DNA of 61,749 nucleotides. Origin: Aciduliprofundum sp. GTDB taxonomy: Archaea; Thermoplasmatota; Thermoplasmata; Thermoplasmatales; Aciduliprofundaceae. Position numbers and translations under genes: made by a program. The notes beneath the pieces were generated by a model. It ran no database searches. It had not been told where the DNA came from and saw nothing but the letters and a program-made list of their open reading frames with translations. The stretch lies in contig WAPW01000045.1 in assembly GCA_015520565.1 (NCBI GenBank), forward strand, positions 1 through 61,749. The letters are read 5' to 3'. Positions 10,712 to 20,503 of the stretch are shown piece after piece (the stretch's first letter is position 1; each line of letters starts with the position of its first letter).

Positions 10712-11947
10712 TTTTTTCTGGGATGCAAGTTTAACCTCTTGAAGCTCAGCTAAAATTTCATCCTCAAAAATTATTTTCTTTACCTCTTGCACAGGAAGAG
10801 CTAGCTCTATTATTTTAGTTCTCCCATACCTCCCGAAGGATTTTACTTTAGTTGAGATCAATCCAAGCATATCCATATCGGAAATTAAGTCAGATACCCT
10901 TCTTTGTGTTAAGGGACCCACTCCAATTCTCTTGGATAGAGTGCTATAAATGTGGTAGAGTTCTCCCGTAGTTAAGGTATTATTTCCTGCCTCTTCATTC
11001 AATGCAACTCCAAGAAGCACGATTTTGGAATGCAATGGGAGGGTTTTTATTGCCTCGGCTATGCAATCCATTTCAATCTTGTTCTTTGCCAGATAAACAT
11101 GCTTCTCAGTTACTTTCTCAGATCCTTCTCTCTCAGCGATTTCAATTGATATTCTTAACAAATCTATGGCTCTCCTTGCATCTCCATGCTCTTGAGCTGC
11201 TATGGCTGCGCATATACCTATAACTTCATCGCTAACAGCTCCATCCTTAACTGCGATTTTTACCCTCTCTGCCAATATATCTTGAAGCTGAAATGCGTTG
11301 TAGGGAGAGAAAATTAACTTTTCTTGTCCCAACCTGCTCTTAACCCTTGGATCTAACAAATCTGTAAATTTGAGCTCGTTGGATATGCCTATAACGCTTA
11401 ACCTTGAATTTTTCATCTCGGAGTCCAACAGCAAAAGCTGGTAGAGGATGTCATCACCACTCTTCGCCACTAGCTTGTCAATTTCATCCAAAACCAAAAT
11501 GACTATTCCATTCCATTCATCAATTCTATCCTTAACTGTGGAAAAAACTTTGTCCATGGGCCATCCCGTGAATGGTATCTTCTCATCCCAATCATCTATG
11601 AAATAATTACCAAGGTTTTGGAGGATGGAATAAGGGGTATCAACTGTTTCACAATTCAAATATATATACTCAATTTTCTTCTTTGCATATACCTTTTCGG
11701 CCCTCTTTAACTCTCTACCAACATATCTCACCACTGCTGTCTTTCCAGTTCCTGTTTTTCCAAATATTAGGACATTTGAGGGCTTATCCCCTTCCAAAGC
11801 GGTTACTAAAATCTCCGCTAACCTGTCTATCTCCTTCTCCCTGTGAGGCAGAGAATCAGGAAGATAATCTGGATATAAGGCCTCTCTATTTCCTTTAAAA
11901 AGCGAGAGCTTGCGCATATGCTTCTCAAATAAGTTCACTTGTCCCAT
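10700..11947 (-). CDS. cdc6: Orc1/Cdc6 replication initiator
   Basis: LPHRE, Walker A GKTGTGKT, LDEID, GDARRAIDLL, C-terminal winged helix with GRYGRT. Confidence 0.96.
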   Translation of the reverse strand: MGQVNLFEKHMRKLSLFKGNREALYPDYLPDSLPHREKEIDRLAEILVTALEGDKPSNVLIFGKTGTGKTAVVRYVGRELKRAEKVYAKKKIEYIYLNCETVDTPYSILQNLGNYFIDDWDEKIPFTGWPMDKVFSTVKDRIDEWNGIVILVLDEIDKLVAKSGDDILYQLLLLDSEMKNSRLSVIGISNELKFTDLLDPRVKSRLGQEKLIFSPYNAFQLQDILAERVKIAVKDGAVSDEVIGICAAIAAQEHGDARRAIDLLRISIEIAEREGSEKVTEKHVYLAKNKIEMDCIAEAIKTLPLHSKIVLLGVALNEEAGNNTLTTGELYHIYSTLSKRIGVGPLTQRRVSDLISDMDMLGLISTKVKSFGRYGRTKIIELALPVQEVKKIIFEDEILAELQEVKLASQKKLFF

Positions 11948-11948
11948 G

Positions 11949-12061
11949 GTTCCACCCGAAGTAAAGGTAGGTATGATATAGAAGTTAAAAAAGATTTTTT
12001 TACCAGCAATTTTACCAAAATGTTTATATCCTTCTCAACACCCCTTCATTTCCTGTGGAAT
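11949..12061. promoter_or_regulatory. Candidate replication origin: two inverted ORB-like boxes flanking an AT-rich spacer
   Basis: + strand GTTCCACCCGAAGTAAAGGTAGG (11949-11971); - strand ATTCCACAGGAAATGAAGGGGT (12061-12040); about 70 bp AT-rich between; immediately upstream of cdc6. Confidence 0.7.
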
Positions 12062-13241
12062 TCTCATCAATTAAATCTCTCAATGTAGAGTATTGGGAAA
12101 GAGGCATTTCAAATATTATTTTCATCCTTTCATCTGCTTCAATTTTTATTATCTTTCCATACTTCATTATGAAATTATATGCCTTACCATCCTTTTCTAC
12201 TTCTGCATAGAATTTTTCCATTTTCATCTCGTTCTTTATTCTCCTTATAACATTTTCAATTCCTATGCCCTTTAGAGCTGAGATTGCAATTGGCTCGCCA
12301 ATTTCCTTTGCAATTTCCATTTTCTTCTCAATATTCTTGCAGGAATCAATCTTGTTTATTACAGGTATTATTTTTCCCTCGCTCTTTCCCTCTAATATCT
12401 CCAAGCTTAACTGCATCTTTCTTTTAAAATCTTCAATTGATTCTTGGCAATTTAGAAGGAGAAGCACAATATCCGCCTTATAAATCTCCTCCAAGGTTGG
12501 TTCAAAAGCCCTTATTAGCCAAGGAGGCATATTTTCAACGAATCCCACGGTATCGGTTATAAGAATTTTTTCTTTCCCTATTTTTGAAGTTCTTGTGCTT
12601 AATGTGGAGAACATTCTATTCTCTATTAGAACATCTCTCCCGCTAAGGGCTTTTAGCAAGGTGCTTTTTCCAGTATTTGTGTATCCCGCTATCCCCACAA
12701 GGATGTATCCCTCCTCTTTTCTCCTCTTTCTTCTTTCCTCCCTCTGCACTCTCAATTTTTCCAGTTCTTTTCTTATTTTTGCCATTTTTCTCCTTATCTG
12801 CTCGTAGTAATCTGCAATCTCGTACTCTCCTCCACCCATGAAGCCTGGATGCTCGCCTAGGCGAATTTGGTGTATTAACTCTTTAATATGCGATGTTTCA
12901 TATTTTAAATTTGCATATTCAACTTGCATCATCGCCTCTCTGCTCTTTGCCCTATCTGCAAATATGTCAATGATCAATTTTATTCTATCATCAACCCTTA
13001 TTTTCAATTCCTTTTCAAGATTATACCACTGGGAGGATTTGAGGATTGCATCTATTATCACCTTTTCCACTTTGAAATCTTTGAGAATATTTTTAATTTC
13101 TTCTATCTTGCCCTTTGAGATGTAGTACTTTGGATTTACCTTGTTTTTAAAATAAACCCTCGCTGCAATGTTATATCCCAATGATTTTACAAGCTCCATG
13201 AATTCTTCGTTTCCATCAAAAACTACAATGACATCAGGCAT
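12024..13241 (-). CDS. hflX: GTPase HflX
   Basis: GYTNTGKST, FSTL, DTVGF, NKID; N-terminal IFADRAKSREA. Confidence 0.95.
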   Translation of the reverse strand: MPDVIVVFDGNEEFMELVKSLGYNIAARVYFKNKVNPKYYISKGKIEEIKNILKDFKVEKVIIDAILKSSQWYNLEKELKIRVDDRIKLIIDIFADRAKSREAMMQVEYANLKYETSHIKELIHQIRLGEHPGFMGGGEYEIADYYEQIRRKMAKIRKELEKLRVQREERRKRRKEEGYILVGIAGYTNTGKSTLLKALSGRDVLIENRMFSTLSTRTSKIGKEKILITDTVGFVENMPPWLIRAFEPTLEEIYKADIVLLLLNCQESIEDFKRKMQLSLEILEGKSEGKIIPVINKIDSCKNIEKKMEIAKEIGEPIAISALKGIGIENVIRRIKNEMKMEKFYAEVEKDGKAYNFIMKYGKIIKIEADERMKIIFEMPLSQYSTLRDLIDENSTGNEGVLRRI

Positions 13242-14491
13242 TTTTCAAGCTCTCCCAAAAGATATATTGAGCCAGTTGCTATTATTTTTTTCTCATTCTT
13301 CATTGCATATTTCAAGGCATCACAGGAATTTTTGATGGATATAACCTTTGAAAAGTAATTTTTTGCGTGAGCCTCTATATCTTTCAATTCTGTCCTTCTT
13401 CTTTCATAATCTATCTCGGTCACAATTATCTTACTGCTAACTTTTGATATTTCCTCTAAGAATCCATCAATGCTCTTATCTGAGAGTATGGAGAATAAGA
13501 ATGTTGGCTCTTCTATGCCCACATCTTTAATCGTATTAACTAATGCCTTTGCAGCGGAAGGGTTGTGAGCGGAATCAAATATCAATAATGGCTCTCTTCT
13601 CTTAACTTGAAACCTATCTTTCCATCTTATCTTCTTTATTCCTTCTTCAATATCTGAATGTGAAATTGTATAATTTTCTTGCAGAAGCTCCGCCATTCTT
13701 ATTGCCACGAGCATATTTATGATTTGATGCCTTCCAGGTAGGGGTGTTTCTATGCTGTATGAGGAAATGGGAGTATGGGCTTTGAATTTCAAGCCATTTA
13801 AATCAATATGAACATCATCAAATTCTGTCTCGTCCCATATATTGTGATATGGGGCATTTCTCAATTCTGCAATTCTCTTTATCTCCTCTATAGCATCTTT
13901 TTTATTCTCTCCAACCACTATCGGCACATTTGGCTTGATTATTCCTGCCTTCTCCCTTGCTATGTCCCTTATGGTATCTCCCAATATATGAGTATGGTCC
14001 AAATCAATGGTTACTATGCTTGTTATCTCAGGCATAACAATATTCGTTGCGTCCAATCTTCCCCCAAGACCAACCTCAAGAACTGCAAAATCAACATGCA
14101 TAAAGGAGAAATACTCAAAGGCGAGCATTGTGGATACTTCAAAGAATGTGGGATTTCTATTCTCTTTGGCTAATTTTTCAATTATTGGCTTTACCTCTCT
14201 CACAAATTTTGCTATGTAATCTTCGCTAATCTCCTTATCGTTCACAATAATCCTCTCAGAATATCTTACAAGATGGGGTGAGGTGTATATTCCCACATTG
14301 TAATTTCTTCTTAAAATTGAGTATATGGCTGAGGCAACTGAACCCTTTCCGTTTGTGCCAGCAATATGCACACTCTTGAAGTTATCTTGGGGGTTACCTC
14401 TAATCTCTGCAAATTCTCTCATAATGCTCAAATCCAGCTTCATTCCGAATCTTCTTAAATTGTATATATATTCAATTTCCTCTCTCTCCAT
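13223..14491 (-). CDS. folC: Folylpolyglutamate synthase / dihydrofolate synthase
   Basis: HIAGTNGKGS, TSPHL, EVGLGGRLDATN, DSAHNP, TGSIYL. Confidence 0.93.
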   Translation of the reverse strand: MEREEIEYIYNLRRFGMKLDLSIMREFAEIRGNPQDNFKSVHIAGTNGKGSVASAIYSILRRNYNVGIYTSPHLVRYSERIIVNDKEISEDYIAKFVREVKPIIEKLAKENRNPTFFEVSTMLAFEYFSFMHVDFAVLEVGLGGRLDATNIVMPEITSIVTIDLDHTHILGDTIRDIAREKAGIIKPNVPIVVGENKKDAIEEIKRIAELRNAPYHNIWDETEFDDVHIDLNGLKFKAHTPISSYSIETPLPGRHQIINMLVAIRMAELLQENYTISHSDIEEGIKKIRWKDRFQVKRREPLLIFDSAHNPSAAKALVNTIKDVGIEEPTFLFSILSDKSIDGFLEEISKVSSKIIVTEIDYERRRTELKDIEAHAKNYFSKVISIKNSCDALKYAMKNEKKIIATGSIYLLGELEKCLMSL

Positions 14492-14561
14492 TGCGATAGG
14501 GATTACAAAAAAATATTAAAACATTCCCAAATAAATTTATAGGGGAATACCATCTTCAATT

Positions 14562-15704
14562 ATGCGTTATAAGGGCCTCCTTGTCCCGGGCCTTTTCTGG
14601 GCTGCAATATCTTACAATATGGCGGTTGTTACATTTACAACGGGCAATATCATAAGCGAATTGAATCTTGGAAATGCACCTCAGGCAAAATTAATTGTTG
14701 GCTCTCTTGTTTCTATAACTCTAATAGGTTGGTTTTTTGGCTCGTTTATATTTGGTTATCTATCTGATAAATTTGGAAGAAGGAGAATTATAGTGGCTGC
14801 CACTCCCGTACATATCATTGCTACAACTCTTATGTTCTTTGCCACATCTTACTGGTTCTATTTTGGCCTGCGCTTTATAGCAGGGATGGGATTTGGCATA
14901 GTACTTCCAATTCTAAGCACATTAATAAGTGAATCATCAGATAAGGAGATAAGGGGTAGAATGGTTGTGCTCCTTGACTCATTCTGGACATATGGATGGG
15001 TATTTGCCTCTTTTATGTCCCTTCTTCTACTCCCTCGTCTTGGAGAGCATTGGAAAATATACTATCTAATTGCATTATTTTGGCTATTTTTGTTAGCTTT
15101 ATGGAAATACCTTCCAGAATCGGTGAGAAAAAAGAGAAAGAAAGTAGGGGCATCTTATATCATAAAACAGCCACACACCTATGCCCTATGGGCTATCTGG
15201 TTCGCCATGGCTTTTAGCTATTATGGAATATATGTCTGGCTTCCAAGAATATTCTCTGAGGATTATCCATTGTTGCAGTCCACATGGTTTATCTTCCTCT
15301 CTTATCTCTTTCAAATACCCGGATACTTCACCTCCGCTTATTTAATTGAAAAAATTGGCCGTAGAAAAGTACTGTTCACATTTATGCTTCTTACTTCTCT
15401 TTCTTCTTACCTATTTATCACAAGGGCAACATTCCTCGGGGCTATTTTGATTTCCTTCTTTGACCTAGGTGCTTGGGGTGCTCTCTATGCATACACCCCT
15501 GAGCTATATCCTCAGAGAGTTCGTGGCTCAGGTGCAGGGTTTGCAAATTCGGTGGGCAGGATAGGTGGAATAATAGGCCCCTTGGTTCCGGGATTCTTCG
15601 CCACATGGTTTGAGCCCTTTATGATATTTACAATTTTAATGCTCTTTGCCTCATTTCTCAGTTTTCTCTTGCCAGAGACGATGAAAAAGAATATAAATAG
15701 GTAA
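14562..15704 (+). CDS. MFS transporter
   Basis: GYLSDKFGRR motif A; ELYPQRVRG; multiple TM helices. Confidence 0.88.
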   Translation: MRYKGLLVPGLFWAAISYNMAVVTFTTGNIISELNLGNAPQAKLIVGSLVSITLIGWFFGSFIFGYLSDKFGRRRIIVAATPVHIIATTLMFFATSYWFYFGLRFIAGMGFGIVLPILSTLISESSDKEIRGRMVVLLDSFWTYGWVFASFMSLLLLPRLGEHWKIYYLIALFWLFLLALWKYLPESVRKKRKKVGASYIIKQPHTYALWAIWFAMAFSYYGIYVWLPRIFSEDYPLLQSTWFIFLSYLFQIPGYFTSAYLIEKIGRRKVLFTFMLLTSLSSYLFITRATFLGAILISFFDLGAWGALYAYTPELYPQRVRGSGAGFANSVGRIGGIIGPLVPGFFATWFEPFMIFTILMLFASFLSFLLPETMKKNINR

Positions 15705-15718
15705 ATAATACATTCTAA

Positions 15719-15777
15719 AGGTTCGGTAGGGAGAGCCCTTGAAAAATGATAGGGCTTGACGAGCCGGACCTATATTT
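15719..15777 (+). ncRNA. Candidate archaeal box H/ACA guide sRNA (single hairpin with K-loop)
   Basis: Lower stem AGGUUCGGU/GCCGGACCU; internal pocket; upper stem AGCCCU/AGGGCU; apical UGA-AAAAU-GAU K-loop; AUA box 15 nt below the pocket top; TATA-like ATATAAATA at 15691. Confidence 0.65.
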
Positions 15778-16987
15778 ATGTTCCTTCTTGCCACTCTTCC
15801 AAGTACCTCTTCTGCTCATCTGTTAGCTCATCTATTTTTATCCCCATTGCTTGAAGCTTGAGCCAGGCAACTTCATTATCTATTTTTTCTGGAACCGCAT
15901 AAACCCTCGGCTCTAAATTCTCATGATTTTTCGCAATGTACTCAGCGGTGAGAGCCTGAATTGCAAAACTCATGTCCATTATCTCCACAGGATGCCCTTG
16001 TCCTGCTACTAAATTTATGAGGCGTCCATCGCCCAACAGATAGAGCTTTTTGTTACCCAAATCGTATTCTTCCACGAATTTTCTTATCTCTCTCTTTCCC
16101 TTTGCCAATTCTTCCAACGCCTTTTTTGAAATCTCGTTGTCAAAGTGCCCTGCATTGGCAAGTATGCATCCATTCTTCGCCTTCTTAATATGTTCTTTTC
16201 TAACGATATCCTTCATTCCCGTTGCCGTTATTACCATATCTGCCTCTTTTATTGCCTCAATCATTGGCATTACTCTAAATCCGTCCATGCGCGCTTCTAT
16301 GGCCTTCACAGGATCGATTTCTGTGACGATTACATTTGCGCCCATTCCTCTAAGACGCATTGCTATTCCCCGGCCGCACCAGCCGTAGCCGGCGACCACC
16401 GCTATTTTACCAGCTATGCTGAGATTCGTGGAGCTCATGATCCCGTCGAGGGTGCTCTGCCCGGTGCCGTAGCGATTGTCGAAGAGATGTTTCATCTTGG
16501 CATCGTTCACATCAAACATCGGAAATCTGAGAACTCCTTTTTTCTCCATGACCTTCAAGCGAAGCACTCCAGTTGTTGTCTCTTCGTTACCCCCTAAGAT
16601 TGGAAGATGAGAGTATGAGGTGTGAAGCATCGTGGTTAAATCTCCCCCATCATCTATAATTATATCAGGCTCCATCTCAAGCACTTTGTGCAGATTCTCG
16701 TAATACTCTTCTCTCGTTTCTCCCTTCTTCGCATACACATTTAGACCTCTTTCTCGCAAGGCTTCAACAACTGAATCATCGGTGCTCAGGGGATTGCAAG
16801 AAGCTAATCGTACATTTGCGCCTCCGTCTCGTAGAGTTAAAGCTAGAATTCCGGTTTTTGCCTCAACATGGAGAGCCATACCAATCTTCAGACCTTCAAA
16901 AGGTTTCTCTTCCATGAATCTCTCCCTGATTTTCTGAATAACGCCCATATGTGCATAAGCCCAATCAAGTCTGTTTTGACCTTCCAT
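15776..16987 (-). CDS. ahcY: Adenosylhomocysteinase
   Basis: SCNPLST, DDGGD, EETTTG, KHLFDNRYGTGQS, GYGWCGRG, GHPVEIMDMSF. Confidence 0.97.
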   Translation of the reverse strand: MEGQNRLDWAYAHMGVIQKIRERFMEEKPFEGLKIGMALHVEAKTGILALTLRDGGANVRLASCNPLSTDDSVVEALRERGLNVYAKKGETREEYYENLHKVLEMEPDIIIDDGGDLTTMLHTSYSHLPILGGNEETTTGVLRLKVMEKKGVLRFPMFDVNDAKMKHLFDNRYGTGQSTLDGIMSSTNLSIAGKIAVVAGYGWCGRGIAMRLRGMGANVIVTEIDPVKAIEARMDGFRVMPMIEAIKEADMVITATGMKDIVRKEHIKKAKNGCILANAGHFDNEISKKALEELAKGKREIRKFVEEYDLGNKKLYLLGDGRLINLVAGQGHPVEIMDMSFAIQALTAEYIAKNHENLEPRVYAVPEKIDNEVAWLKLQAMGIKIDELTDEQKRYLEEWQEGT

Positions 16988-17062
16988 GTGGGGGTATGTT
17001 ATAGCGAGTAGATATTTTTTGTTATGGCATTTTTAAATATGAGTAAGTTATTAATTTATATA

Positions 17063-20000
17063 ATGGAGTTTGTTGGAAGAGAGAAAGAGCTTCATATGTT
17101 GAATAATTACTTTAATGATGTGGTTAGGGGTAATGGTAGGGTTGTTCTTTTAGAAGGTCCTGCAGGCATAGGAAAGAGCTATCTGGTGGAGAAATTTCTT
17201 AGAGAAAGAAAAGATGTGCAAATTCTAAAAAGCAGATGCGAGCAATCTATGCAGTATGTACCGTATAATGCTATCTCTCAAGCCCTTAAGCAATATGGTA
17301 CTTTAAATGAAATAAAGAAAAATGAATTGAAGAGAAAAATTGAGAACATTGCCAAGGATTTATATAAAGAAAATAAAATGTTGTTCGTGGATGAAATTGG
17401 ATATGGAGGCGGTTATAGGTTATACAAAGAACTAAGCAGGAGGATAAGAGGTATTTATTTTACCATAAGAGAGCCCAAGAGAAAAGATGTAATTTGGCTC
17501 ACAGAGACGAAGACGGATAAAGAGAGCATAAATCCCTATAATTTAGAATTTGAGTTTCTTATGTATTTGCAGGAATTTTTAAGCTCAAAGGAAAGAAGGC
17601 TAGTTTATATAGAGAATTTAAATTACTTGATTTATACAGTTGGAATTGAGAGAGTCGTAGAATTTTTGCATACTTTGCGTTCTATAGCAGCAGATAGACA
17701 TCTTGTTATAGTTTCTGGTAAGGTTGAATATTTATCTCAAAAGGAGAGGGATTTAATAGGCAAGTTATTTGATGATAAAATCGTTGTTGAGTGGGATGAT
17801 AAAATCACTCCACCAGTAATTGTTTTAAAAGATAAAGTTGAAGGAGATGGAGTTTTAAAATTAAAGGATAAAGGGGCAGCGGGAGAGAATGAAGTTTATG
17901 TATCCCCCCATGGTATACATCCAACTCGCTTGGATTTTGAGATATTTGAGAAAATAGCAGAGGCCCTAGATAATGGGATGGATATTGTGATAGAGTGCTT
18001 AAATACTATCTTACATTACAATGATAAAAGGGATGTTTATATATGGTTAAAGGCAGTTAGAGATTATGCTGCTAAAAGAGAAAGAAAGGTATATATTTTG
18101 GAAAAAACTCCAATTTTGAAGGATATTGAGTTTTTCTTTGATCTTATAGATGATGGGAAGGATAGAATGTACAGCAGCTCAGAATTTATAGAGACACCTT
18201 TAAGATTTTATGATGTAATCTACAACTTCTTACATAGTCATTCACGAAGGAAACCCATTATATTGATTTTTGAGGATATTCAGTGGATTGATAGCAATTC
18301 TCTTGAAATCATATATTACCTTTCTCGCAATATTGTGGAAAACAAGATAATGATAGTTTTGACCTACAGAAATGAGGATGTTGCGGAAAAGAAGAATATT
18401 CTAGATATAATTTCAAAAATAGAGAGTGAGCCAATATCCAAGGTACTAAGATTAAAACCTCTCAAAAAGAGTGAAATTGAGTTGATGCTTTCTTCAATGG
18501 GCTATGATTTGAATTCTGAGTTAATTTATAATATTAGCGAAGGAAATCCTTTGCTGGCAATTAATGTGGCAAATTATATGGCTCAAGGAGGTTATCTTCC
18601 CGAGACGATAAGGGAGAGCATAGAAAGGCAAGTAGATAAATTAAAGGAGAATATTTTGAATTTTCTAAGATTTTTATCAGTTGCAGGTTATGAAGTATCC
18701 CTTGAAATAGTAAAAGATTTTTATCCAGAGTATGAAGAGTTTTTAGAGGATAATATCTTTTTGGAGTTAAAGGGAAGCAAGATAAGATTCATTTATCCTA
18801 TATACAGGGAAGTTGTATACAAGGGCATATCCAAGGACACAAGAGTTGAGATTCACAGGAAGATAGGAGAATGGGCTGAAAGGAGAGGAGAGCTTTTTAT
18901 GGCAGCATATCATTACTACATGGCTAAGGATAAAAGGGCAGTTAAATTTTTGAAAATGGCTGCGGAAGAGTCCACAAAGATGCTAGCGTTTAAAAGTGGC
19001 ATAGATTATCTTAAAAAGGCACTGGAGATAACTATAAAATATCGTGACGAAGATTCTATGGGGGAGCTTTATGAGAATTTAGGTGAGTGGTATGTTGCTT
19101 TAGGGGAGTACAAAAATGCTATAAGTATGTTTGCGAAGGCGATGAGATATAGGCCTAAAGATGCAGTATTTCTTGGCACTCAAATTGGGATGTGCTATAG
19201 GTTGATGGGGGAATTGAAGAAAGCCGAGGATATATTGAGTGAGTACTTGAAAATAGCAAAGGGTATCCATAAGGGGAGAATAGTCGGAGAGATGGGAATA
19301 ATAGAATGGGAAACTGGAAATTTTAATGAAGCTCTAAAGAAATTGAAGAGCTATCTAAATTATGCGCAGAAATATGAAAGTAAATTGGATGAGATAAAAG
19401 CCTACAGAAACATTGCCTCTGTGTATTATATGATGGGAAAATACAAAACTGCTTTGAAATATGCAAATATTGCTCTATCTTTAGCAGAGGAAAATGGGAA
19501 TATAAACGAGATAGCAGATACTTATAATGTGATTGGAGTAGTGTATAACCATTTAAATAATTATGAGGAAGCCCTTGCCTATCTTCTAAAATATCTTGAG
19601 ATTAGTGAAAAGATGGGAAACCTTACATTTATGGCTAGGGCATACAATAATATAGGTGTGACTTATGAAAAGATAGGGGATATAAAAAAAGCTGAGGGAT
19701 ATCACAGAAAAGCTATAGATATTATGAAAAAGATAGGAAATGATAGGCTTTTGGAGATTTTTTATAATAATATGGCCATTTTATACTCTAGGCATGGAAA
19801 ATATTCAATGGCAGTGGAGTATATGATGAAGAGCTTGGAGATAGCGTTAAAATTGAATAATAAGTATGGAACATGTAAAAGATTGATATACTTAGGAGAT
19901 TTGAACTTTGAAATGGGGAAGTATATGGATGCAATGGATTTTTATATGCGTGCATTTGAAATTGCTAAAGAAAACTCATACACAACATCCTTATTTTCAC

Positions 20001-20503
20001 TATATTGCTCTCTTTCCAGAACCTACATTCGTTTAAAGGATATGGCTAAGGCAAAAGAGTATTTGGAATATGCAAGTAATTTAAGAAGAAAGGTGGAGGA
20101 GAGTTATCTTCTTGTGGATTATTATCTGGTAAATGCCGAATATCACATTTTAATTAATGATTGGGATACAGCATTAAATTGGGTTGAGAAAATGAAAAAA
20201 ATTGCAGATAAATCTGGAGATTTGTTTCAAGTTTTGTATGCTGATATGCTTAGCTCTTATATAGATTGTCAAAAAGGTCTCTGTGATTGCAAGAAATTTA
20301 ATAAAATCATAAATAAATTTTCAAAAATGGACTATAAAGTTTATCTTGGAGAGGCCTATTATTACTATGCCTTATGTTTATCAAAATCAGATATGAAAAG
20401 CTCTAAAAATAACTTAAATAAGGCAAAGAAGGTATTTAAGAGCATAAATTTGGAAGATAGGGTTAAAGAAATTGATGAGAAACTCAATGAGATATTATCC
20501 TGA
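17063..20503 (+). CDS. STAND-class AAA+ ATPase with two inserted DUF835-like domains and C-terminal TPR array
   Basis: FVGREKEL, Walker A GPAGIGKS, Walker B IILIFEDIQWID about 370 aa later, GNP motif, TPRs (AYNNIGVTY); start moved to MEFVGRE. Confidence 0.85.
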   Translation: MEFVGREKELHMLNNYFNDVVRGNGRVVLLEGPAGIGKSYLVEKFLRERKDVQILKSRCEQSMQYVPYNAISQALKQYGTLNEIKKNELKRKIENIAKDLYKENKMLFVDEIGYGGGYRLYKELSRRIRGIYFTIREPKRKDVIWLTETKTDKESINPYNLEFEFLMYLQEFLSSKERRLVYIENLNYLIYTVGIERVVEFLHTLRSIAADRHLVIVSGKVEYLSQKERDLIGKLFDDKIVVEWDDKITPPVIVLKDKVEGDGVLKLKDKGAAGENEVYVSPHGIHPTRLDFEIFEKIAEALDNGMDIVIECLNTILHYNDKRDVYIWLKAVRDYAAKRERKVYILEKTPILKDIEFFFDLIDDGKDRMYSSSEFIETPLRFYDVIYNFLHSHSRRKPIILIFEDIQWIDSNSLEIIYYLSRNIVENKIMIVLTYRNEDVAEKKNILDIISKIESEPISKVLRLKPLKKSEIELMLSSMGYDLNSELIYNISEGNPLLAINVANYMAQGGYLPETIRESIERQVDKLKENILNFLRFLSVAGYEVSLEIVKDFYPEYEEFLEDNIFLELKGSKIRFIYPIYREVVYKGISKDTRVEIHRKIGEWAERRGELFMAAYHYYMAKDKRAVKFLKMAAEESTKMLAFKSGIDYLKKALEITIKYRDEDSMGELYENLGEWYVALGEYKNAISMFAKAMRYRPKDAVFLGTQIGMCYRLMGELKKAEDILSEYLKIAKGIHKGRIVGEMGIIEWETGNFNEALKKLKSYLNYAQKYESKLDEIKAYRNIASVYYMMGKYKTALKYANIALSLAEENGNINEIADTYNVIGVVYNHLNNYEEALAYLLKYLEISEKMGNLTFMARAYNNIGVTYEKIGDIKKAEGYHRKAIDIMKKIGNDRLLEIFYNNMAILYSRHGKYSMAVEYMMKSLEIALKLNNKYGTCKRLIYLGDLNFEMGKYMDAMDFYMRAFEIAKENSYTTSLFSLYCSLSRTYIRLKDMAKAKEYLEYASNLRRKVEESYLLVDYYLVNAEYHILINDWDTALNWVEKMKKIADKSGDLFQVLYADMLSSYIDCQKGLCDCKKFNKIINKFSKMDYKVYLGEAYYYYALCLSKSDMKSSKNNLNKAKKVFKSINLEDRVKEIDEKLNEILS

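Noticed and set aside
17063-20503. Avs-type antiviral STAND
   Set aside because: No N-terminal effector domain and no defence-island context; not excluded but unsupported
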